Of a stretch of 64,000 nucleotides of DNA, positions 51,613-59,992 are shown piece after piece (the stretch's first letter is position 1; the number at the start of each line of letters is the position of its first letter). This DNA is from an uncultured bacterium. GTDB lineage: Bacteria > Eisenbacteria > RBG-16-71-46. The DNA lies in contig CAYQNV010000068.1 of the NCBI GenBank assembly GCA_964418975.1, positions 3,254 through 67,253 on the forward strand, in the 5' to 3' direction. The position numbers were made by a program, and so were the translations under genes. The notes beneath the pieces were generated by a model. It saw only the letters and a program-made list of their open reading frames with translations, ran no database searches and was not told the origin of the DNA.

Positions 51613-51867
51613 CCGGTCGGGGAGTCCCTGGAATGGGGCGAGGCGTCGCGGGAGTGGCGCGCGGAAGCGATCAGGCGAGCGGGCAGGTGTCGGAAAAGCG
51701 TATCAGCGCGCCCGCTCCAGCGGCAAGGAAAGGCCCGCCGCGGACTGCGACAACGAACGCCGCCGCTGCAGTGCGCACGACTGAGGGTGCGAGCCGTGCG
51801 TACCGCCACGACCGGTCGGTGTCACCGCGGCGGTTCTGCGCGGCACGACCGACCAGCCGCAAGCGTG

Positions 51868-51876
51868 TGCTAACCT
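51868..51876 (+). promoter_or_regulatory. Possible extended -10 promoter for the 51886 operon
   Basis: TG-C-TAACCT ending 9 nt before the ATG at 51886; no clear -35. Confidence 0.35.
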
Positions 51877-51885
51877 TTTTCGCCT

Positions 51886-52653
51886 ATGTGCCCACCGCCC
51901 CCCGAGCCGCTGGAGCCGTCCGCCGATCGCGCCGCGCTCATCGACCCGCACCGGGTCGCCGTCGTGGTCCCGGCCTGGAACGAGACCGGCAAGATCGGGG
52001 ACGTGGTGCGGAAGATCCCGCGGCGCTGGACCGCCACCGTCATCGTGGTGGATGACTGCTCCAGCGACGACACGGCCGGCGAGGCGCGCGCAGCCGGCGC
52101 CGAAGTGGTGATCCGCCACGAGCGGAACCTGGGCGTGGGGGCGGCCATCCGCACGGGCCTGTTCGAGGCCAAGCGCCGCGGCGTCGAGTTCGCGGCGATC
52201 CTCTCGGGCGACGACCAGCACGAGCCTTGCGAGCTGCCGCGTATCCTGGCGCCGCTCTTTGCCGGCGAGGTGGACCTAGTGCAGGGCAGCCGGTGGCTTC
52301 CGGGCGGGGCCACCCCCGGCATCACGCCCGAGCGCCGCTGGCTCACGCGGCTCTACCCGCTGTTGTTCCGGTTCGCGAGCGGATTCCCCATCACCGACGG
52401 CACGAACGGCATGCGCGCGTTTCGTTTGGCGCTGCTCGACGACCCGCGCATCCAGCTCTGCCAGGACTGGCTCGACCGCTACGAGCTCGAGCCCTACCTG
52501 CTGTTTACGGCCATCCGCAGCCAGTACCGGGTCCGCGAGGCGCCGGTCACCGTCCGCTATCATGCGCGGGGCACCACGAAGATGCGACTCATTCAGGACG
52601 GCTGGCGCATCCTGCGCCCGCTCGTCTTCCTGCGCCTCGGCATGCGGCACTAA
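51886..52653 (+). CDS. GT2 glycosyltransferase (DPM synthase-like)
   Basis: Motifs VVPAWNE, VDDCSSD, NLGVGAAIRTG, SGDDQHEP, QGSRW, DGTNGMRAF. Confidence 0.9.
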   Translation: MCPPPPEPLEPSADRAALIDPHRVAVVVPAWNETGKIGDVVRKIPRRWTATVIVVDDCSSDDTAGEARAAGAEVVIRHERNLGVGAAIRTGLFEAKRRGVEFAAILSGDDQHEPCELPRILAPLFAGEVDLVQGSRWLPGGATPGITPERRWLTRLYPLLFRFASGFPITDGTNGMRAFRLALLDDPRIQLCQDWLDRYELEPYLLFTAIRSQYRVREAPVTVRYHARGTTKMRLIQDGWRILRPLVFLRLGMRH

Positions 52654-52675
52654 GACATCCAGGAGAAACCTGTCC

Positions 52676-53644
52676 ATGATCCCTCTCGAGAACGCGCGTG
52701 TGCTCGTGACCGGTGGCGCCGGTTTCGTGGGCAACAACCTCGTCCGGCGCCTGATCCGGGAGGGCGCGCGCGTCACCGTGCTCGACGACCTGTTCACCGG
52801 CCGGCTCGAGAACCTGCCCGAGAAGGGGTTCGAATTCGTGCACGGCTCGGTGTGCGACTCCGCCATCGTCGAGAAGCTGGTGGCGGAAACAGAGGTGGTG
52901 TTCCACGCCGCGGCCCGCAACATCGTGGTGTCCACGAAGAATCCGCGCGAGGACTTCGAGACGAACATCGGCGGCACGCTCAACGTGCTGCTCGCGGCCC
53001 GCGCCACGAACGGGCGCGTGAAGCGCGTGCTCTACACCTCGTCCACCTCGGTCTACGGCAACCCCAAATACCTGCCCATCAACGAGGACGACCATCTCTC
53101 GCTGCTCACGCCGTACGCCGTCTCGAAGCTGGGCGGCGAGAACTACTGCATGGCGTTCTTCGAGAGCTATGACGTGCCGACGACGGCGGTGCGCTACTCC
53201 AACGTGTACGGGCCCGGACAGGACCCGTTGAATCCCTACTGCGGCGTGGTGGCCAAGTTCATCGACTGCCTGTTCGAGGGCAGCCCCCCGGTCGTGCACG
53301 GCGACGGCAACCAGACGCGCGATTTCACCTTCATCGACGACGCGGTCGAGGCCACGGTGATGGCGGCGCAGTCGGATCGGGCGACCGGCGAGGTGTTCAA
53401 CGTGGGCACCGGCGTCGAGACGCGCGTGAACGAACTGGCGGCGGTCCTGGCGCGGATCATCGGGGTGAACGTCTCACCGCAGCACACGAACCGGCGCGAC
53501 ATCGACAACATCCGGCGGCGCGTGGTGAACATCGAGAAGACGCGGCGCACGCTGCGCTGGGTGCCGAACATGACGCTCGAGAACGGGCTGGAGCACACCG
53601 TGGCCTGGCAGCGCGGGAAGTCGGCCGGGTCGGACCAGGGTTGA
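52676..53644 (+). CDS. NAD-dependent nucleotide-sugar epimerase/dehydratase (extended SDR)
   Basis: Motifs VTGGAGFVG, TSSTSVYG, YAVSK, RYSNVYGP, GDGNQTRDF. Confidence 0.93.
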   Translation: MIPLENARVLVTGGAGFVGNNLVRRLIREGARVTVLDDLFTGRLENLPEKGFEFVHGSVCDSAIVEKLVAETEVVFHAAARNIVVSTKNPREDFETNIGGTLNVLLAARATNGRVKRVLYTSSTSVYGNPKYLPINEDDHLSLLTPYAVSKLGGENYCMAFFESYDVPTTAVRYSNVYGPGQDPLNPYCGVVAKFIDCLFEGSPPVVHGDGNQTRDFTFIDDAVEATVMAAQSDRATGEVFNVGTGVETRVNELAAVLARIIGVNVSPQHTNRRDIDNIRRRVVNIEKTRRTLRWVPNMTLENGLEHTVAWQRGKSAGSDQG

Positions 53645-54570
53645 GCCCGGGCCGCACACCACCTGGCGCGACAGATCCGACGGATCCCGCGGGGCTGCTG
53701 CGGAACTCGGCGTTCCGGCGGAAGTTCATCGAGCACACGCTCCAGCAGCGCGATGACGCGAGCGGGCGCGCCGTCCTGGACGCGGAATGGCGCTACATCA
53801 GCCTGCTCCTCGGCGATCGCGCGAGCACGCCCTTGGACGTGCTCGACCTGGCGTGCGGCTCAGGGCACCAGTCCCTGGCCTGGGCCCAGCGGGGATTCCG
53901 CGTGCACGGACTCGACTTCGATCACGACCTCCTGGTCGCGGGGCGGGAGCGTGTGCGGCGCGCGGCCGATCCACGCTTGCCCGTGCACTGGACCAACGCG
54001 GATGCCACGCGGCTACCCTACCGGGACGGGTCGTTCGACGTCGTCTTCAACAACTCCCTGCTGGAGCATGTTCCCGCTTGGCAGGACGTACTCGCCGAGA
54101 CCGCTCGGGTCCTCCGTCCGGGCGGCATCTTCGTCATGTACACGACGAACCGCGCCTGCCCCGTGCAGCAGGAGGTGAATCACTTCCCGTTCTACCCGTG
54201 GCTGCCCGACCAGGTGCAGCGGCGCGTTCTGACGTGGATCATGAAGCACCGTCGGGACCTCGTGAACTTCACCGATTTCCCCGCGATCAACTGGTTCACG
54301 TTCGGTGGCATGCGCAGGGCCTTCCGGGCGGTCGGCCTGGAGCCCTACGACCGGCTCGACCTGCTCGCCCGCATGGGCGCCCCGGGGGCGCGGGGGGCCG
54401 TGGCTCGAACCCTGGCTCGAAATGGCACTCTCAAATGGCCCTACTACCTGTACGCCATCTCGATGGCGCTTTATGGGGTGCGCCAAGGGCGTCCAGTCCG
54501 GGGATCGGGCGTCGAACCGGGAATCCGGTCAGGAACCCCGGGCCAGCGAAAGGTCGAAAACGGACATTGA
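53641..54570 (+). CDS. Class I SAM-dependent methyltransferase
   Basis: Motifs VLDLACGSG, ADATRLPYRDGSFDVV, LEHV, LRPGG; TTG start overlaps the previous stop. Confidence 0.88.
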   Translation: MSPGRTPPGATDPTDPAGLLRNSAFRRKFIEHTLQQRDDASGRAVLDAEWRYISLLLGDRASTPLDVLDLACGSGHQSLAWAQRGFRVHGLDFDHDLLVAGRERVRRAADPRLPVHWTNADATRLPYRDGSFDVVFNNSLLEHVPAWQDVLAETARVLRPGGIFVMYTTNRACPVQQEVNHFPFYPWLPDQVQRRVLTWIMKHRRDLVNFTDFPAINWFTFGGMRRAFRAVGLEPYDRLDLLARMGAPGARGAVARTLARNGTLKWPYYLYAISMALYGVRQGRPVRGSGVEPGIRSGTPGQRKVENGH

Positions 54571-54596
54571 ATCCGGCGTCATATCGTTGCTAACAT
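54567..54596 (+). promoter_or_regulatory. Putative sigma70 promoter overlapping the methyltransferase stop
   Basis: TTGAAT (54567-54572), 18 nt, TAACAT (54591-54596), with TG at the extended -10 position. Confidence 0.55.
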
Positions 54597-54600
54597 AGGA

Positions 54601-54862
54601 GTCGCGCAGCACCCGTCCACCCTCGTTCCCACTGGAGACCCCACCGACGAACCTTCGATAACTGGGTGTGCAGCACACGAGCTCCAACTCGGGTCGTCGA
54701 CAGGCGACCGGGAAGCCCGGGCAACCGGGCCTGACTTCTGAGGAATTGACACCTTGGTTTCCCCCCAGTCGCTCGTACTCGATCACTCCCAGTTTCGTGC
54801 TGGAAAGCTGACGCGAGTGTCTTAGAGAGCCTCGGGGCGATTCTCTGCCGCGCGGCTTTTTT
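54601..54862 (+). ncRNA. Candidate structured leader or ncRNA of unknown family
   Basis: Lies between a promoter-like site and a terminator-like hairpin; several hairpins and long-range helices found by eye (see findings). Confidence 0.35.
54828..54862 (+). terminator. Intrinsic terminator-like hairpin just upstream of the sugar transferase
   Basis: AGCCTCGGGGC-(8 nt)-GCCGCGCGGCT (9 of 11 pairs) followed by a six-T run. Confidence 0.55.
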
Positions 54863-54892
54863 GATGGGCGACGACAACTGAGAGTGGCAACA

Positions 54893-55813
54893 ATGGAGCC
54901 CGACATACTCGCGTCCACGGGTGACTCGGACACCGTCCGAGATGCCTGGCTTGGCGCGAACACAGTCCAGACCGAGGGTTCGACGACGGTGGAAACCCCG
55001 TCCGATATCCCGACTCCACGAGTCGGGCGGTTGCACGCGGTGACCGTGCACGCACCGGTCGTGCCGCGCGGACGCTCGCACACGGGCGGATACGCCAACG
55101 GTCACGCGCGTCCGCGTGCAGCCGCGGGCGCGCCCTGGCACGTAGCAACCCCATCCGCCGGTGCCGTCACACCGGCGGTGCTGCCATTCGAGACGCCCGC
55201 GCCTTCGGGGTTCTACCTGCGGGCCGGAAAGCGCATCGTCGACGTGATCGGAGCCGTTTGCGCACTGGTGGTGCTGGCGCCGGTCATTGGAGTGCTGGCG
55301 CTGATTGTGCGTGCCACCTCGCGCGGCCCGGTGTTCTATCGGTCCACGCGCGTCGGCCGCGGCGGCCACACATTCACGTTCTACAAGCTTCGCTCCATGG
55401 TGAAGGACGCCGACTTGAAGCGTGAGCACCTGTCGCACCTGAACGAGGCGGATGGTCCAGTGTTCAAGATCGCGCGCGACCCGCGCATCACGACGATCGG
55501 CCGCTTCATGCGCACCACCAGCCTCGACGAGGTGCCGCAGTTCTGGAACGTACTGAGGGGCGACATGAGCCTGGTGGGCCCGCGGCCCCCCATCGCCCAG
55601 GAGGTCGCCCAATACGAACCCTGGCAGCTCTGCCGGCTCGACGTGCGCCCAGGCCTCACCTGCCTGTGGCAGATCAGCGGCCGGAGCCGCATCGGCTTCC
55701 AGGAATGGATGCGACTCGACCTCGAGTACATCCGCCACCAATCGCTTCGCCTCGATTTCAAGATCCTGTTGCGCACCATCCCGGCGGTGTTGTCGCGGGA
55801 GGGTGCGTACTGA
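54893..55813 (+). CDS. Priming phosphoglycosyltransferase (Bac_transf, WcaJ/PglC-type catalytic domain)
   Basis: Motifs KRIVDV, RGPVFY, FYKLRSM, DPRIT, SLDEVPQFWNVLRGDMSLVGPRP, PGLTCLWQISGR. Start 54893 (54884 possible). Confidence 0.95.
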   Translation: MEPDILASTGDSDTVRDAWLGANTVQTEGSTTVETPSDIPTPRVGRLHAVTVHAPVVPRGRSHTGGYANGHARPRAAAGAPWHVATPSAGAVTPAVLPFETPAPSGFYLRAGKRIVDVIGAVCALVVLAPVIGVLALIVRATSRGPVFYRSTRVGRGGHTFTFYKLRSMVKDADLKREHLSHLNEADGPVFKIARDPRITTIGRFMRTTSLDEVPQFWNVLRGDMSLVGPRPPIAQEVAQYEPWQLCRLDVRPGLTCLWQISGRSRIGFQEWMRLDLEYIRHQSLRLDFKILLRTIPAVLSREGAY

Positions 55814-55836
55814 CGGGAGCGCACGCGAGTCCCCTC

Positions 55837-57420
55837 GTGCCTGGGCCCGCCCCGCAGGCGGAGTTCCCGGCGGCCGCCACCACCCGCTCGACACCTTCCG
55901 ATCCGGCCCTGCAGCGCACGATCCTGGCCGCCACGCTCGTGGCGGCCGTGTTGCGCTTCTTCCGCCTCGGCCACCAGAGCCTGTGGATCGACGAGCAGTT
56001 CACGCTCGTCGCGGCTGGCCTTCCCGGCGCTCTGGCGTGGAGTGACCTGCTCGACAACGTGCACGGTCCGCTCCACACGCTGGCCGTGGCGCTGGCTGCG
56101 ACGCTCGGCGGTACGTCCGAGCAGGTGTTGCGCGCCCCCAGTGCGCTGGCGGGTGTGGCGCTCGTTCCGGTCATGGCGTGGCTCGCCGCCCGCTTCGCCG
56201 GCCGCGAGACCGCTTCGGCCGCGGCCTGGCTCGCCGCCGGCTCGCCGTTTCTCGTGTGGTACTCGCAGGAGTGCCGCAACTACGCGTTCGTCATGCTCGC
56301 GGCCGCCGGCGCCACGGCGCTCGCACTCGAGCTGCATCGCCGCTGCGAGCCCGCGGGGGTGGCGCGCTACGTCGCGACGGCACTCGCGGGCGCGCTCTCG
56401 AACCTGTCGTTCGCGCTGCTGATCCCGTTCCAATTGCGGCTCTGGCTCGCGGCCGGTCCCACGCGACGCGGGCGACTCCAGTCACTCGCCGCCGTCGGCC
56501 TGGTGGCGCTGCTCGTGGCGCCCCCCTGGCTTCCCGCCATCGGCGGCATCTGGGACTGGTCCCGGCTGGCGCCGGGGCGCGAAGCGCCCACGGCGGAAGC
56601 ACCACTTCGCGGCGAGACCACGTTCCACGTGGCAGCCGTGCCGTTCGCACTGCACGCGCTGCTCATGGGCTACTCGGGCGGGCCCAGCCTGGGCGAGCTG
56701 CGTGTGGATCCCGTCGCGGCGCTCCGCGCACACGTGCCCGAGGTCCTGGCGGCGGCGGTGGTGTTCGCACTCCTGCTCGCACTCGGCCTGCGCGCACTCG
56801 CGCGGCGGGGGCGGCTCACCGACACGCTGCTCTGGCTCGTCGCGCCGGCGCTCGTGGTGAGTTACTTTGCCGCCCACAACTTCAAGGTGTTCCACCCCCG
56901 GTACCTCGCGGTGTCCGCGCCGTGCGTGCTGCTGGTGGTGGCGGCGGCGTTCGCGGACCTGGGTCCGCGCGCGCGCCGGGGCCTCGCGGTGGCGGTCGGC
57001 GTGCTGTGGGCGCTGGCGCTCGGCCGCAATGCGTTCGATCCGGCGTACGGCCGGGAGGATTACCGCGGCGCACTCGCACACGTCCGGGCGGGATTCGCGC
57101 CCGGCGAGCGCGTGCTCGCCGTGGGGGCTCCCGAGCCGGTCGAGTGGTACGGGCGAGGACTTCCGATCTCGCGCTGGTGGCTGGGATTCGCGGCGAGCCC
57201 GGAGCGCTTGGCGAGCACGCTCGCGGATTCGCTCGCGGCGACACCGGGGACGTGGTTGGTGTGCAGTCGGACGGAGGACCTGGACCCGAACGGGCGACTC
57301 GCGCGCTTGCTCGATGAGCGCGTGACCCCCGAGCGGCGGTGGTCCGAGAACGGCGTGAAGGTGTGGCACTGGAGGCGCGACGGGGCGCCGGGGATGGGCG
57401 GCGCGACACACACGCGCTGA
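55837..57420 (+). CDS. GT39/PMT-ArnT-like GT-C glycosyltransferase
   Basis: Motifs LRFFRLGHQSLWIDE, HGPLH, LRAPSAL, YSQECRNYA, PRYL; start uncertain. Confidence 0.8.
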   Translation: MPGPAPQAEFPAAATTRSTPSDPALQRTILAATLVAAVLRFFRLGHQSLWIDEQFTLVAAGLPGALAWSDLLDNVHGPLHTLAVALAATLGGTSEQVLRAPSALAGVALVPVMAWLAARFAGRETASAAAWLAAGSPFLVWYSQECRNYAFVMLAAAGATALALELHRRCEPAGVARYVATALAGALSNLSFALLIPFQLRLWLAAGPTRRGRLQSLAAVGLVALLVAPPWLPAIGGIWDWSRLAPGREAPTAEAPLRGETTFHVAAVPFALHALLMGYSGGPSLGELRVDPVAALRAHVPEVLAAAVVFALLLALGLRALARRGRLTDTLLWLVAPALVVSYFAAHNFKVFHPRYLAVSAPCVLLVVAAAFADLGPRARRGLAVAVGVLWALALGRNAFDPAYGREDYRGALAHVRAGFAPGERVLAVGAPEPVEWYGRGLPISRWWLGFAASPERLASTLADSLAATPGTWLVCSRTEDLDPNGRLARLLDERVTPERRWSENGVKVWHWRRDGAPGMGGATHTR

Positions 57421-57486
57421 GGTTCTCGGATTCGGGAAGCGGACCGCGCGCGTGGCCGCTGCGGGCACAGCTCGGAGGTGGGGAAG

Positions 57487-58803
57487 ATGCGGGTGGTGGT
57501 CGTGGGCCTGGGCTACGTGGGTTCGGTGTGCTCGGCGTGCCTCGCGGATCGCGAGCACGACGTGGTGGGCGTGGACACGAGCGAGTACAAGGTGGCGTGC
57601 ATCCGCCGGGGCGAGAGCCCCATCGTGGAGAAGGGCCTACCCGAGCTGATCGACCGCGCGGTCAAGGCCGGCCGCCTCACCGCCACGACGCACATCGCCG
57701 AAGCCCTGCCCGGCGCCGACATCGTGCTGGTGTGCGTGGGCACGCCGAGCGCCGAGGACGGCTCGTTGGACCTGGCGCACGTCAAGCGCGCCTGCGCCGA
57801 GGTGGGTAGCGCGCTCAAGGGCCTCGGCCGGTTCGTGACCGTGGTCATGCGCAGCACCATGCTGCCGGGCTCGGTGCTGGACGAGCTCACGCCGGTGATC
57901 GAGCAGGCGTCGGGCGGCAAGGCCGGCCGCGATTTCGGCGTGGCTTACAACCCCGAGTTCCTGCGCGAGGGCACCGCGGTCGAGGATTTCTTCGGAGCCG
58001 ACTACACCATCCTCGGCGCGGGCTGCGAACGCGCGGCCGCAGCGCTACGCCAGCTCTACGCCGGCGTGGGCGGCGAGTTGATCGTGAGCGAGATCCCCAC
58101 GGCGGAGATGCTCAAGTATGTGAACAACTCCTACCATGCCCTGAAAGTCTCGTTCGCGAACGAGTTCGGCCGGCTGTGCAAGCGCGAGGGCGTCGACAGC
58201 CACGAGGTGATGCGCCTCATGCGGCGCGACACCAAGTTGAACCTGTCGGGAGCCTACCTCTCGCCTGGCTTTGCGTTCGGGGGCCCGTGCCTGCCCAAGG
58301 ACCTGCGCGCGGTCAATTCGCGCGCGCGACGGCATGACCTCGACCTGCCCGTGCTCGCGAGCATCATGCGCTCGAACGACGTGCACGTGGCCGATGCGGT
58401 GCACCTGATCGAGCGGTTCAAGCACCGCAAGCTCGGCTTCCTCGGCCTGTCGTTCAAGGCCGGCACCGATGACCTGCGCGAGAGCCCCATCCTGCGCGTG
58501 ATCGGCACGCTCGTGGGCAAGGGCTACGACGTGCGATTGCACGACCCGAGCCTCGACATGCAGCGCGTGCTGGGCGCCAACCGCCGCTTCATCGAGGACG
58601 AAGTGCCCTACCTGCCCGAACGGCTTCGCCCGGACCTGGCGGACGTGCTCGCGCACGCCGATGTGGTGGTGATCGGCAATCGCTCCGCCGAGTACCGCAC
58701 GCTGGGGCCGCGCATCCGCGCCGGACAGATCGTGGTGGATCTCGTGGCGGCCATGGACCGCGGCACGGTCACGGCCGGGGAGTACCATGGCCTCGCCTGG
58801 TAG
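57487..58803 (+). CDS. UDP-glucose/GDP-mannose 6-dehydrogenase, AlgD-like
   Basis: Motifs GLGYVGSVCSACLA, SPIVEKGL, CVGTP, YNPEFLREG, AEMLKY, FAFGGPCLPKD, LGLSFKAGTDDLRESP. ATG 57487 has a GGAGG SD. Confidence 0.93.
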   Translation: MRVVVVGLGYVGSVCSACLADREHDVVGVDTSEYKVACIRRGESPIVEKGLPELIDRAVKAGRLTATTHIAEALPGADIVLVCVGTPSAEDGSLDLAHVKRACAEVGSALKGLGRFVTVVMRSTMLPGSVLDELTPVIEQASGGKAGRDFGVAYNPEFLREGTAVEDFFGADYTILGAGCERAAAALRQLYAGVGGELIVSEIPTAEMLKYVNNSYHALKVSFANEFGRLCKREGVDSHEVMRLMRRDTKLNLSGAYLSPGFAFGGPCLPKDLRAVNSRARRHDLDLPVLASIMRSNDVHVADAVHLIERFKHRKLGFLGLSFKAGTDDLRESPILRVIGTLVGKGYDVRLHDPSLDMQRVLGANRRFIEDEVPYLPERLRPDLADVLAHADVVVIGNRSAEYRTLGPRIRAGQIVVDLVAAMDRGTVTAGEYHGLAW

Positions 58804-59992
58804 GCTCCTCCACCTCTCGGAGAACTTGACGCTGCCATTCGATCGTCGCGTGTGGATGGAACTGAACGCCCTGCGCGGCGCGGGCTGGGAGGTGTCGGCC
58901 ATCTGCCCCATGGGCGAGGGTGGCCGTGAGCCCCACGAGGTGCTGAACGGCATCCACATCTGGCGCTACCCGCCGCCGCCCGAGACGAGCGGGTTCGTGT
59001 CGTATGTTTGGGAGTTTCTCTACTGCTGGCTCCAGACCGCACGGCTCACGGTCACCGTGCTCGCACGCCGGGGCTTCGACGTGATCCACACCGCGAACCC
59101 ACCCGACACATTCTGGGCGCTGGCGCTGCCGTTCAAGGCATTCGGTGTGCGGTTCGTGTTCGACCACCACGACCTGTGCCCCGAGCTCTACCTGTCGCGC
59201 TTCGGCGAGCGCCGCGCCGGCACGCTGCCGCACCGAATGTTGAAGTGGCTCGAACGCGCGCAGTTCGCGTGCGCCGACCTGGTCATCTCCACCAACGAGA
59301 GCTATCGCCAGGTGGCGCTGTCGCGCGGCGGCAAGCGCGCGGACCAGGTTCGCGTGGTGCGGAGCGGCCCGAGCCACGCGCGCTTCGCCGCGGTGCGCGC
59401 GCCCGATCCCGCGCTCAAGCGCGGCAAGCGGTTCCTTGTGGCCTATCTGGGCGTGATGGCTCCTCAGGATGGCGTGGACCACCTGGTGCGCGCGGCACAC
59501 CTGCTCTCGCAGCAGCGCTCCGACGTGGCGTTCACGCTGATCGGCGCGGGGGACTCGTTCGAGGAGTTGAAGCGCCTGTCGCGCTCCTTGGGACTCGAGG
59601 ACGTATGCCAGTTCACTGGCCGCGTGCCCGATGCCGAGGTGGAACGCGTGCTGGCCACCGCCGACGTGTGCGTGAGCCCCGACCCCAAGAACCCGCTGAA
59701 CGACGTGAGCACCATGAACAAGGTGCTGGAGTACATGGCCTGCGCCAAGCCGGTCGTTTGCTTCGACCTGCGCGAGCATCGCCACAGTGCCGCCGCCGGG
59801 GCACTCTACGCCGAGCCCAATCGCGACGACGACCTGGCCGCGAAGATCGCGCTGCTGCTGGACGACCCGGGGCTCCGCGAGCGCCTCGGAGCGTACAATC
59901 GCCAGCGCTTCCTGGACACACTCGCCTGGGAGCACAATGCCGGCGAGCTCATCGAGGCCTACGAGGGACTATGCGGGAAGCCGCGCGCATAA
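58787..59992 (+). CDS. GT4 glycosyltransferase (WbuB-like)
   Basis: Motifs PFDRRVWME, FDHHDLCPE, YLGVMAPQDG, STMNKVLEYMACAKPVV. Confidence 0.88.
   Translation: MASPGRLLHLSENLTLPFDRRVWMELNALRGAGWEVSAICPMGEGGREPHEVLNGIHIWRYPPPPETSGFVSYVWEFLYCWLQTARLTVTVLARRGFDVIHTANPPDTFWALALPFKAFGVRFVFDHHDLCPELYLSRFGERRAGTLPHRMLKWLERAQFACADLVISTNESYRQVALSRGGKRADQVRVVRSGPSHARFAAVRAPDPALKRGKRFLVAYLGVMAPQDGVDHLVRAAHLLSQQRSDVAFTLIGAGDSFEELKRLSRSLGLEDVCQFTGRVPDAEVERVLATADVCVSPDPKNPLNDVSTMNKVLEYMACAKPVVCFDLREHRHSAAAGALYAEPNRDDDLAAKIALLLDDPGLRERLGAYNRQRFLDTLAWEHNAGELIEAYEGLCGKPRA

Noticed and set aside
54710-54735. GGGAAGCCCGGGCAACCGGGC, resembling part of a cobalamin or c-di-GMP-I riboswitch
   Set aside because: The B12 box, GCCACTG and the GACGCAAAGC core are absent, so no known riboswitch is called.
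54746-54751. Perfect TTGACA hexamer
   Set aside because: No plausible -10 at 16-18 nt spacing.
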